Source of the DNA: Zymomonas mobilis subsp. mobilis ATCC 10988 | GTDB lineage: Bacteria > Pseudomonadota > Alphaproteobacteria > Sphingomonadales > Sphingomonadaceae | Direction of reading: 5' to 3' | Assembly (NCBI RefSeq): GCF_000175255.2 | Contig: NC_017183.1 | Location: 1 to 32,000, forward strand | Length of the DNA stretch: 32,000 nt | Part shown: one piece after another, positions 1 through 9,407 of the stretch | Position numbering within the stretch: the first letter of the stretch is position 1 | Layout of the letters: the number at the start of each line of letters is the position of its first letter | The notes under the pieces: model-generated | What the model was told of the DNA's origin: nothing | Databases searched by the model: none | Seen by the model: the letters and a program-made list of their open reading frames with translations, nothing else | Position numbers and translations under genes: made by a program

Positions 1-120
1 AGAGCCGCTGCTCTATGTCGATCCGGAAACTTGCTTTTGGTTTGCAGGGAGAGGGAGATTTCCGTTTTGCCAAGACAGGCTTGCAGGGCGACCGGGACGG
101 CACGGCGGAAATGGTAATGA
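1..120 (-). pseudogene. N-terminal fragment of a tyrosine recombinase/integrase (copy 2), continuing off the left window edge
   Basis: Minus-strand translation gives ...YHFRRAVPVALQACLGKTEISLSLQTKSKFPDRHRAAAL, resembling YHFRRIVPPTLRAALSRREIWVSLKTGYHAK of the copy near 4.0 kb. No clear start codon. Confidence 0.55.
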
Positions 121-237
121 GAGCCGATAAGATGCAGCATGTGAGTTCCCAGACTGGGAAGGCAACTGGGAAAGTCCCGTTCACCTATCACAATCCGGTT
201 TTGTGGCGTCTTTTCAAGGATATAGCGCAAAAATCTG

Positions 238-254
238 AGGGACTCGAACCCTCA
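238..254 (-). other. tRNA T-arm-like hairpin (candidate att-site remnant, copy 2)
   Basis: gaggg-actcgaa-ccctc, i.e. minus-strand GAGGG TTCGAGT CCCTC. The following ~110 nt resemble the sequence beside the better-preserved copy at 4133-4160. No full tRNA found. Confidence 0.4.
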
Positions 255-893
255 CTTCCCCGCAGGCTCAGTCGCACAACACCTTGAAAAGACAGCGGAT
301 AATGACACGCGGTCTTCTGGTTGAATTTTCTGCCTTCAATTCTGGTTAAACACTCTGGGTGCGTCAAGCCAAAAGAGAGAAGAGGCCATGTTGGGCGTGA
401 AGCTGGCTCGTTCAAAAAAAGAGGGCAGCCATGCGTCCAAACCAGCGGACATGTTGTGTCGCGGTGGTTTGCAAACCGGTCAGGGGTAGAGCAAAGCTCT
501 CCCCCGTGGACCCTCTCTTGATGTCAGAATGGGAGGGAAGAACGGAAGGTCGACTTTGTGTAGGGCGATCGATAAAATAGGACATTTACTCATAAAACAG
601 CCAAGCACCAGCCAATTGATTCAGTTTGAGTGTTCGAACCTACCTAGTCCGCCGATTGCTCTCCATAACCCGATATTGCCGCCGATCACCGCATATCTCG
701 TGCAGTATAGCAAGTTTCATGCTATTGCTTGATAACTGCTTACCCGAGCCGGCAGTACGGCAGCTTTCGACCACCTTTAAGACATTTAGATGTGTTGATG
801 TGAGCAACAGCTTATACTGGAGTATGTCACTCGGCTCGCACGAACCGACCGGGCGCAACGCAGAATCAATTTAGTCGAAGGGAAAAATGACAG

Positions 894-2396
894 GTGATCT
901 CGAACTCACGAAAGTCGATTGCTGCCCTTGCCGAAGATTTCATTGCGCTATCTAAGCAAGGCAACAACTGGTCGCATGGAGCCGACGGGATTCAGTTCAT
1001 GAGGGAGTTCGAACGGCACTCAGACAATCCCGAAGCGGGCGAAGAACTGGTGGCCGCTTTGGAAGAGCGCGGCGACTTGATACTTTCCCCGCTGGTGGAG
1101 TTGGCATTTACCCCGCTCGTCGTTATGCGCCAGCATAGCGTCGGGCACGGGGGATTCCACACCGGTGCGATGGGACGTGGCAGTGCGCGCCTCCGTTGGG
1201 TTTACGACTGTGGCGCTTCACGAACCGAGGGACAGCAGAGACTCTCAGAGGAGATCGGCATTTTGGCGGGCGAGCCAGGCGACGCGAAGCGGCGCATCGA
1301 CCTCTTGTTCATTTCGCACTTCGATCGAGATCATATCTCCGGGATCGTGCAGCTGATGTCTGCGCTGGAGGTCGACACGGTCGTGATCCCGTATCTTGAC
1401 GATCTCCAGCGTGCGATAATTCTCGCTGGCGAAATAGCGGACCGCGAGGAAGCGGGGGCTAGCGTGGCGCCGGGACTGACCCAGGCGCTGTTCGACCCGG
1501 TCGCTTGGCTGACTGAGTTTGGTGCGAAGTCGGTGATACAGGTTCGCCCGGGGGGACCGGGCTTTGATGGGGCCATGCTTCTGAGTTACGGCCCCGGCGA
1601 CGGGCCTGAGTTATCAGAGGACGTCGAAGGTGCGAAGCCTGTACTTGTTCGTCAGAGTGACGATGCGGTCAACGCCGCGGATGATCACAGTGTGGTCGAC
1701 TCTGGTTCGGGTTGGATGGTGACGCATTTCGGTCGCCGGTTCGGGGATTGGTGTTTCCTCCCGTATGTAACGTCGGCTAAGCAGAGTGCGCGTGACGCGT
1801 TCAGAGCGGCGTTTGACGGACTGATCGAGCGCCGAGAGGACGAAAGCATGATAGCTGCCTTCCATCGCAAGATGGAAGAGACAGACTTTCCGACCAAGGT
1901 TAAAGCTACCTACAAAGAGCACGAACTGGGCGACGCGAATGCAGTATCCATGTCGCTCTACGTCGGGCCGTTCCGGGATGAGGTCTATTTTAGCCGCAAG
2001 CCATTGCGGGCAGGCCAGAAAAGACACGAGGCTGGTCCCGGCTGGTTGCTAACGGGCGATGCGAAGCTTGCGCAGGTCGGCAGGCGCAACGACTGGTGCA
2101 CTTTTTACAAGCCGTTAAAGAGCCGCATCGGCGCACTGATGCTTCCGCATCACGGCTCTCATCTGAACTTCCACGAGGATATTCTCGACATCGTGGAAGA
2201 GGATTGTCTCCTCTTCGCGTGCAGACGCGCGAAGTTGGGGGACCCCCTGCACGAGAACGTCTGGACGGTCGTTGAGCGCCGACCGGTCGCCATCGTATCC
2301 GACGACCGCGAGACATCGCTCATGCAGGTTAGCGGAGCCACAGTTCTAAAATATGCTGAGCGAGAGCTCTCAGACTTGGCTAAGGAATGGTGCTGA
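894..2396 (+). CDS. Metallo-beta-lactamase-fold hydrolase-like protein (ComEC/Rec2-like MBL motifs), standalone
   Basis: 500-aa ORF (GTG start) with SHFDRDHISGI (HxxxDH-type MBL motif), LLTGDAK and LPHHGSHLNF motifs. No transmembrane competence domain apparent. Confidence 0.6.
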   Translation: MISNSRKSIAALAEDFIALSKQGNNWSHGADGIQFMREFERHSDNPEAGEELVAALEERGDLILSPLVELAFTPLVVMRQHSVGHGGFHTGAMGRGSARLRWVYDCGASRTEGQQRLSEEIGILAGEPGDAKRRIDLLFISHFDRDHISGIVQLMSALEVDTVVIPYLDDLQRAIILAGEIADREEAGASVAPGLTQALFDPVAWLTEFGAKSVIQVRPGGPGFDGAMLLSYGPGDGPELSEDVEGAKPVLVRQSDDAVNAADDHSVVDSGSGWMVTHFGRRFGDWCFLPYVTSAKQSARDAFRAAFDGLIERREDESMIAAFHRKMEETDFPTKVKATYKEHELGDANAVSMSLYVGPFRDEVYFSRKPLRAGQKRHEAGPGWLLTGDAKLAQVGRRNDWCTFYKPLKSRIGALMLPHHGSHLNFHEDILDIVEEDCLLFACRRAKLGDPLHENVWTVVERRPVAIVSDDRETSLMQVSGATVLKYAERELSDLAKEWC

Positions 2397-2717
2397 CGCC
2401 TAGTTAGCCATATGTTTTCCCGAAACTCAGACTATCGCGACGGCAGCCAATTACCGAAGGCGGGCTGAAGAGGGCTATGGCGTAGACGTAGTTCTCATCC
2501 GATTCTGGCGCGCCTCGTCCGCTATCCGCCTTTTCCGGCAGAGCGTCGAATAATTCATGTCAGCTTTCGGGAAACTTTCCCAACCGCCTGGATGACCGAT
2601 ATGAGGCGGAAGCGGTCATTAAAGTCAGCTTTAATTCTTTGTTTGTGGGGCAACGGGGGTGGAACTCCCCCTTGCCAGATGTTGAATGGGTAGCCATTCA
2701 ACACTGCTGGCTCCCTT

Positions 2718-4079
2718 TTAAATCGTCATGTTTGCAAAGGCTGTGTCTGGGTGGCTTATTGCTTCTATGGTTTGCAGCAAGTTGGCTGTTGATATGCTGG
2801 TCAAATAGGTTGTGGTACCCTGACTTTTGTGGGTAGCTTCATGACCCAGCAGGCGGTCTATCCATACTTCCCGGATGTTGGCATCTGCGTTTCTGAGTTG
2901 TGTGGAGACGGTGTGCCGGAGAATGAAACGTGATTTCTGCTGGCAGGCCGATATGGGTCTTGAACAATGAGAAAGCTCTGCCAAGGGCTGCTCCCCTGAT
3001 ACCTTGTTTCGAGGTCTCAATACCGGAAATGAGGTAAGGGACATTCGTGGTCTCTTTCAGTACCAGCACACCAGCTTCAATCAGTTTTGAATGGACTGGC
3101 ACAATGCGGGTGCCTGCGTCAGTCTTGGGTGCCCAGCCGGTTTCGGTATGGGGGCGGATAAGAAAGCAAGGGATACCGTCAACACTCTGAAGGTCTTCTT
3201 TGCGCAAGACGTAAATCTCGCCCAATCGCATTCCGCTATAAGCTGCAATCAGTGTGACCAGCCGGAAGGTCTGTTCTGGCACGGACGTGCTATGCCATGA
3301 GGCAGAGGCTAGCAAAGCCAGTTCTCTGGCAGTCCAGCTTCTGCGTATGGTCTTTTGCCCATTCTCAAAACTCCAGCCTGTCCACGGATTGCGTGTGACC
3401 AGTTCCCGCTGGTATAACTGATTCCACAGGGCAGAGAGGCGCATCATGTGGTTCTTGACGCTTTTCTCGCTCAGGGTGGGCAGACCTTCCTCTCTGGCTC
3501 TCTGAGCATCTTCCTCAAGTGTAAGGCTGCTCTTGCGCTTTCCCAGTGAGGCCGGAAGGGAAAACAGGAGGTCTCGAAACGCTCCGGCCTTCTCGCCACC
3601 AATAATAGATACAAGAGCGTCTCTGAAAGTTTGTAAAAACAACTCTCCCGCCCGTTGTATTGCTTTCTTGGTGTCGGCGCTGGCATAGGGATTATCCAGC
3701 ACGAAGCGTTTCAGCGCACCGGAGAGCATTAAAGGTTGGTTTGGCCGTTTTCTTCACTGTCCGGGGTTTGGGGATCGATGCTGCAACTGGCAAGGACCCC
3801 GTTTCCTGAGCAGATGAAGGCAGGTTCACGCTCTGCAAATCCCGCATCCTTCAAGCCTGCTTAAAGCATCCGGTTCAGAGAGGACAAGATAGGGCTGGGA
3901 GAATAATTCTGTAAGGAGTGATGCCTTTTTGCATGGTAGCCGGTTTTCAGGGAAACCCAGATTTCCCGTCGGCTTAAGGCGGCTCGCAGGGTAGGGGGAA
4001 CGATACGGCGAAAGTGGTAAGTGGTGCCTCGGATACGGGGCATAAAATCTTCCCTCAGTGGGGAATGACGATGGAGCAA
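2718..4079 (-). pseudogene. Tyrosine recombinase/phage-type integrase (copy 1), disrupted by frameshifts
   Basis: N-terminus MPRIRGTTYHFRRIVPPTLRAALSRREIWVSLKTGY (in 3861-4079). Catalytic domain in 2839-3729 (YSGMRLGEIYVLRKEDL). The frame changes at the RHT box: FHSPAHRLHTT versus RHTVSTQLRNAD...LLGHEATHKSQGTTTYLT in 2718-3044. Confidence 0.75.
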
Positions 4080-4132
4080 AGACAGCCTTTGCCCCTCATT
4101 CAGCCGAAAAATCGTGCCATTTCAAGTGTCTG

Positions 4133-4160
4133 TGGTGCGAACTGCGGGACTCGAACCCGC
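4133..4160 (-). other. tRNA 3'-end-like sequence (T-arm, acceptor 3' strand and CCA), candidate att core
   Basis: Minus strand reads GCGGGTTCGAGTCCCGC AGTTCGC A CCA. No matching acceptor 5' strand found nearby. Lies directly upstream of the integrase start. Confidence 0.6.
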
Positions 4161-4565
4161 ATCAACCCACAGTGACACTTTCCTAACCCTTTGAAACAGC
4201 AAAAAGAATGCGACGTGCTGTCTTCTGGTTACTGAATTTCCTATATCGTTGGTTAAACAATCTGGGAAGTATCATGCTGAAATTTGTTCAAAAATAAGCC
4301 TGCTTCGGCCTTCATCTCGGATATGCAATATTGCGATTTGATTTCTCGAAGTAAATATCTAAAAAATAATGGTTGATAGATGCGTCGAAAATTCTCATGT
4401 TGGGCTATCGTAATCCTAATTACCCTATTAAAGTTCCCATCAACTTTTAACGTCTGGATTATGGTTAATAAAACAGCGGATCAATTAAGCGCGGGCTTCA
4501 TGGAAGACGGTGATACCCATGGCCTTTGCTGCGCATAGCCACTTGTCTAATGGACTGGGGGAATA

Positions 4566-7500
4566 GTGGATACTTTGAATTTTGGGTTTTTAGGGCCGCA
4601 CAATAAGCAATTAGTAACCCTTGCAGCTCTTGCAGAGCACTATTTCCCTAGCGATCCCTCTACTGTGATCGTCAAGCTACGCCAGTTTGCTGAGTTGATG
4701 GCCAAGTTAGTCGCTGCTCATCACGCTGTTTATCGTGATGAGCGTGAAACATTTGAAGAAACTCTGCGTCGCTTATCATATGACCGCCTGATACCGAAGG
4801 AGGTCTCTGATATTTTTCATACTCTTCGGAAGGCCGGAAACAGCGCTATACATGAAGCAAAGGGCGATCATTCCACCGCTCTTGCCGCGCTAAAATTCGC
4901 TTGGTCTCTCAGTATCTGGTTTCATCGGACTTATGATCGAGCACCCAATTTTAAGTCCGGTGCTTTCGTGCCACCGCGAAAGCCCATCGATGCGATGGTT
5001 GCTCTGCGCGAAGAGATTGAAACACTTAGGCAGAAAGTAGCAGATACTGAAGGTGATGCTGCTCGCGCTCGTCTTGAAGCTGAAGAACAGGCTCAGGCGC
5101 GCGAAGCAGTAGAAGAAAGGCTACTGCGAGAGGCCGAGGAGCGTGCCGCCTGGGAGAAGATTGCTCAGGATATTGATGCCGAAAAGGCCGAGGTCACAAG
5201 CAAGCTCACTGCTCTCCAAGCCGAAGCGGAAACCAGTCCTCGTGCCGAGGCTGCTCAATTGGTGGAGCAGGGTAAAAAAGCTGCGGTAAAAATTGACCTC
5301 GACGAGGCAGAAACCCGCGCCCTCATAGATCAGCAACTGCGCGACTGCGGATGGGAAGTCGATACCCAAGATCTTCGATACAGCAAAGGTATTCGCCCAG
5401 CCAAAGGCCGTAATCTCGCTATCGCTGAATGGCCGACCGCAAAAGGGCCTGCTGATTACGCCTTGTTCGTTGGTTCTACGTTGGTCGGCGTTGTTGAGGC
5501 AAAGCGGAAACGGAAAAACGTGTCCGCAGCGATTGATCAGGCTGAGCGCTATTCAATCGCCATTAAGGACAATGCCGATTTTAGTTATGCAGGTGGTCCT
5601 TGGGGTGATTACAAAGTACCATTTGTGTTCAGCGCGAACGGCAGATCCTACCTCAAGCAGATTGAGACAGAGAGCGGGATCTGGTTCCGTGATACCCGCC
5701 GTGCCGCAAACCATCGCCGTGCATTGGTAGACTGGCCGACGCCAGAAGGCCTTACCGGTCAGCTTGAAGTCGATCAGGATGCGGCCAACGCTGCCCTGAA
5801 GGCGCAGCCATTCGAATTCGGTTTTCCGCTGCGGCATTATCAGGAAAGTGCGATTCGCTCAGTTGAATCCGCGCTATCTGCGGAACAACGCGCCGTCTTG
5901 ATCGCAATGGCAACCGGCACCGGAAAGACTAAACTCGCTATCGCCATGCTATACCGCTTGCTCTCGGCCAAGCGGTTCCGGCGCATCTGCTTTGTAGTAG
6001 ACCGCAGTGCTCTTGGCGATCAGACAGAGGGAGAGTTTTCGACGACCAAAGTCGTATCCGGAAAGACATTCGCGGAAATTTTTGGCCTTAAAGGGCTGGG
6101 AGATGTGACGCCAGATATAGAAACCAAAGTCCATATCTGCACGATTCAAGGCTTAGTGAAGCGTGTGCTGTTTGCTGCTGATGCTGCGTCTACACCGCCT
6201 GTCGACCAATATGACTTGATGGTCATCGATGAATGCCATCGTGGTTATCTGCTTGATCGTGAAATGTCTGATGCTGAGCTGAGCTTTCGGGGGCAAGATG
6301 ATTATATCTCCAAATATCGGCGTGTGCTGGACTATTTTGATGCGGTTAAGATTGGCCTGACTGCGACACCTGCGCTGCATACCACTGATATTTTTGGTGA
6401 TCCGGTCTTCACATATTCCTATCGCGAGGCAGTAGTTGATGGTTTCCTAGTCGATCACGAACCACCTATCCGTATCGAAACAGCTCTGGCGCGGGCAGGC
6501 ATTAAGTTCGAGAAGGATGAAGAGCTTGAGCAGCTCAATACCCAGACTGGCGAGGTCGATCTGGTCAACGCGCCCGACGAAATCAGTTTTGAAGTTGAGG
6601 CATTCAACAGGCAGGTTATTACTCCGGAGTTCAATCGCGCTGTTGCAGAGGAGTTGGCGCAGCATATTGATCCGGCACTTCAGGGTAAGACGCTTATTTT
6701 CGCGGCGACCGATGCCCATGCAGACATGGTGGTGAGCGCTATAAAGAAGGCTTTTGCAGAGCAATATGGTGAAATTGATGATGCTGCGGTGAAGAAAATT
6801 ACCGGCAGCGTGGACAAGGTAAAAAACTTGATCCGTTCGTTCCGTAACGATGCCACTCCGCAAATCGTTGTAACGGTCGATTTGCTTACCACAGGCATTG
6901 ATGTACCAAAAATCACCAACCTTGTGTTCCTGCGTCGCGTGAACAGTCGTATCCTATATGAACAGATGATCGGACGTGCGACGCGCCTGTGTCCGGAAAT
7001 AAATAAGGAGGTTTTCCGGATTTTTGATGCGGTTGATCTTTATCCTCATCTTCAGAACGTGACCGACATGAAGCCCGTCGTCGTTAATCCATCGATTAGT
7101 TTCACTCAGCTTGTTCAGGAAATGATGGCAGCGCAGAACGATGAGCAGCGTGAGGTTATTCGAGAACAAATTGCTGTCAAGCTACGTCGCCAGATCAAGA
7201 AGCTGACCGAGGAAGCAAAGCATCAGTTTGAGGCCATCGCGGGGGAAGCACCGGAGGCGACGTTGCAGAGGGTTATGGCCGGTGATGCACCGGGCCTTGC
7301 TGCATGGCTGAAGGATCGTGTCGCGATTGGCTCCATTCTCGACTGGAAGGATGGTGATGATAATCCCCACTATGTTCCGATTTCTCACCATGCGGACCAA
7401 GTCGTTGCTGTATCGCGTGGTTATGGCAGCGCCACCAAGCCTGAGGATTTTCTAGACAGCTTCACCGCTTTCGTGCGCGACAATATCAACACTATTGCTG

Positions 7501-7943
7501 CGCTGAAACTTGTCGTGCAGCGCCCCCGCGATCTGACCCGCGCCGATTTGAAGGAATTGCGCCTAGCTCTGGATTCCAAGGGATTTTCCGACGCCAACCT
7601 GCGTCGTGCTTGGGCGGATGCGCGTAATGAGGAAATAGCCGCGTCCGTCATTGGCTTTGTCCGTCAGGCCGCGCTGGGAGACGCTCTCGTTCCCTATGAA
7701 GATCGCGTGCGGGAAGCTATGTGTGCGATCATGGCGAGCCGCGCATGGACCGACCCGCAGAAGCGCTGGCTCAAGCGGATCGGCGAACAGATTGAAAAAG
7801 AAATTGTCGTAGACCGAGCGGCCATCGATAAAGAGCCATTTATCTCCGATGGCGGCTTCAATCGCCTGAATAAGGTATTCGGCGGGGAGCTGGAAAATAT
7901 CCTCGCCGGGATCAATGAAGAATTGTGGAAGAAGATCGCGTAA
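4566..7943 (+). CDS. hsdR: Type I restriction enzyme R subunit (EcoEI-like helicase/translocase)
   Basis: 1125 aa. N-terminal DUF4145-like region, coiled coil, then MATGTGKTKLAIAMLYRLL, VIDECHRGY, TATPALHTTDIFG, DLLTTGIDVPKITNLVFLRRVNSRILYEQMIGRATR. Confidence 0.93.
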   Translation: MDTLNFGFLGPHNKQLVTLAALAEHYFPSDPSTVIVKLRQFAELMAKLVAAHHAVYRDERETFEETLRRLSYDRLIPKEVSDIFHTLRKAGNSAIHEAKGDHSTALAALKFAWSLSIWFHRTYDRAPNFKSGAFVPPRKPIDAMVALREEIETLRQKVADTEGDAARARLEAEEQAQAREAVEERLLREAEERAAWEKIAQDIDAEKAEVTSKLTALQAEAETSPRAEAAQLVEQGKKAAVKIDLDEAETRALIDQQLRDCGWEVDTQDLRYSKGIRPAKGRNLAIAEWPTAKGPADYALFVGSTLVGVVEAKRKRKNVSAAIDQAERYSIAIKDNADFSYAGGPWGDYKVPFVFSANGRSYLKQIETESGIWFRDTRRAANHRRALVDWPTPEGLTGQLEVDQDAANAALKAQPFEFGFPLRHYQESAIRSVESALSAEQRAVLIAMATGTGKTKLAIAMLYRLLSAKRFRRICFVVDRSALGDQTEGEFSTTKVVSGKTFAEIFGLKGLGDVTPDIETKVHICTIQGLVKRVLFAADAASTPPVDQYDLMVIDECHRGYLLDREMSDAELSFRGQDDYISKYRRVLDYFDAVKIGLTATPALHTTDIFGDPVFTYSYREAVVDGFLVDHEPPIRIETALARAGIKFEKDEELEQLNTQTGEVDLVNAPDEISFEVEAFNRQVITPEFNRAVAEELAQHIDPALQGKTLIFAATDAHADMVVSAIKKAFAEQYGEIDDAAVKKITGSVDKVKNLIRSFRNDATPQIVVTVDLLTTGIDVPKITNLVFLRRVNSRILYEQMIGRATRLCPEINKEVFRIFDAVDLYPHLQNVTDMKPVVVNPSISFTQLVQEMMAAQNDEQREVIREQIAVKLRRQIKKLTEEAKHQFEAIAGEAPEATLQRVMAGDAPGLAAWLKDRVAIGSILDWKDGDDNPHYVPISHHADQVVAVSRGYGSATKPEDFLDSFTAFVRDNINTIAALKLVVQRPRDLTRADLKELRLALDSKGFSDANLRRAWADARNEEIAASVIGFVRQAALGDALVPYEDRVREAMCAIMASRAWTDPQKRWLKRIGEQIEKEIVVDRAAIDKEPFISDGGFNRLNKVFGGELENILAGINEELWKKIA

Positions 7944-9407
7944 ATGAGCACTACTACCGATATCGTCGCCAAGCTCTGGAGCCTCTGTAACGTCCTGCGT
8001 GATGATGGCGTCACTTACAATGAATATGTGACGGAGCTAACCTACCTGCTGTTCCTCAAGATGCTGGAGGAAACCGAGAAGGAGGCGCGCCTGCCGGAAG
8101 AGTGGCGCTGGAGCCTACTTGCCAAACGTGAAGGCCTGGATCAACTCGACTATTACAAGGCGATGTTGCTTGAACTTGGCAAAGCAAAGGACAAATTGGT
8201 CAGCGCCATTTTCATCGACGCCCAAACTCGGCTGCGCAAGCCGACTAACCTCAAGGCCCTGACTTCCAACATCGATCAGCTCGATTGGTTTTCTGCCCGT
8301 GAAGAAGGGTTAGGCAATCTTTATGAAGGCCTGTTGGAAAAGAACGCATCTGACAAGAAATCCGGTGCTGGACAATATTTCACACCCCGTCCTCTGATCG
8401 ACTGTATTGTGCGCCTGATGCGGCCTCAGGCGGGGGAAGTGATTCAAGACCCGGCAGCGGGCACAGCGGGTTTCCTCGTCGCAGCTGATCGTTACATCAA
8501 GGACCATACCGACGATCTTTACACATTGACTAAGGAACAGGCTTCCTTCCAACGGCATAACGCCTTCTGTGGTGCGGAATTGGTGCCAGACACCCACCGC
8601 CTGAGCATGATGAATCTGCTGCTGCACGGCATTGAAGGCGGCGTGGAGAATATCGACACGCTCTCACCTGATGGCGAGGCGCTTCCCAAGGCCAATCTGA
8701 TCCTGACCAATCCGCCCTTCGGCACGAAGAAAGGCGGGGGACGTCCAACCCGTTCCGATTTCTCGATCACAGCGGATACGTCGAATAAGCAACTCGCCTT
8801 CGTCGAGCATATCGTGCGCGCATTGAGCCCCGGCGGGCGTGCCGCTGTGGTCATTCCAGACAACGTGCTGTTTGAGGATAATACTGGCCGCCGCCTGCGT
8901 ACTTGGCTGATGGATCTGTGCGACATGCACACCATCCTGCGCCTGCCGACTGGCATTTTCTACGCACAAGGGGTCAAGACTAACGTGCTGTTCTTCCAGC
9001 GTGGCAAGAGCGACAAGGGTAACACCAAGGCGGTCTGGTTCTATGACATGCGGGCGAACATGCCCGCTTTTGGCAAGACCCGCCCGTTAACCGTTGCCGA
9101 CTTTGCGGATTTTGAGAAGGCATATGGTGCGGAAGCCAATGGCGGAGCCAAGCGGCGAGATGGCGGAGAGGACAGCCGTTGGCGCAAGTTCGACCGTGCA
9201 GCCATCGCCGAGCGCAACGATAATCTCGACATCAGTTGGCTGCGTGATACCGAGGTAGAAGCTGAAAAAACGCTGACTGAACCAGAAGACATCGCCGCTG
9301 CAATCATCGGCCATCTGAAAGCGGCGCTGGATGAGATCGAGACGCTGTCAGACGAATTGGAACCAGATAGCGTCGAAGAGGCTGCTTCTGTGGAGGAAGC
9401 AGAATGA
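7944..9407 (+). CDS. hsdM: Type I restriction-modification methyltransferase M subunit
   Basis: 487 aa. SGAGQYFTPRPLIDCIVRLMRP, DPAAGTAGFLVAA and catalytic NPPFG motifs. Directly follows hsdR and overlaps hsdS. Confidence 0.95.
   Translation: MSTTTDIVAKLWSLCNVLRDDGVTYNEYVTELTYLLFLKMLEETEKEARLPEEWRWSLLAKREGLDQLDYYKAMLLELGKAKDKLVSAIFIDAQTRLRKPTNLKALTSNIDQLDWFSAREEGLGNLYEGLLEKNASDKKSGAGQYFTPRPLIDCIVRLMRPQAGEVIQDPAAGTAGFLVAADRYIKDHTDDLYTLTKEQASFQRHNAFCGAELVPDTHRLSMMNLLLHGIEGGVENIDTLSPDGEALPKANLILTNPPFGTKKGGGRPTRSDFSITADTSNKQLAFVEHIVRALSPGGRAAVVIPDNVLFEDNTGRRLRTWLMDLCDMHTILRLPTGIFYAQGVKTNVLFFQRGKSDKGNTKAVWFYDMRANMPAFGKTRPLTVADFADFEKAYGAEANGGAKRRDGGEDSRWRKFDRAAIAERNDNLDISWLRDTEVEAEKTLTEPEDIAAAIIGHLKAALDEIETLSDELEPDSVEEAASVEEAE

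Noticed and set aside
1614-2027. Antisense ORFs within the MBL gene, and plus-strand overlapping ORFs there
   Set aside because: They overlap the well-supported 500-aa MBL ORF, with arginine-rich or low-complexity composition typical of shadow frames.
4133-4220. A complete tRNA gene on the minus strand
   Set aside because: Only the T-arm, acceptor 3' strand and CCA are present. No AGTTCGC-complementary 5' acceptor, D-arm or anticodon arm could be found in the following bases.
8310-8956. Antisense ORFs within hsdM (for example 8310-8627, 8519-8956, 8664-8969)
   Set aside because: They lie wholly opposite a strong, motif-complete hsdM frame and have no recognisable domain. They are expected in GC-rich coding sequence.
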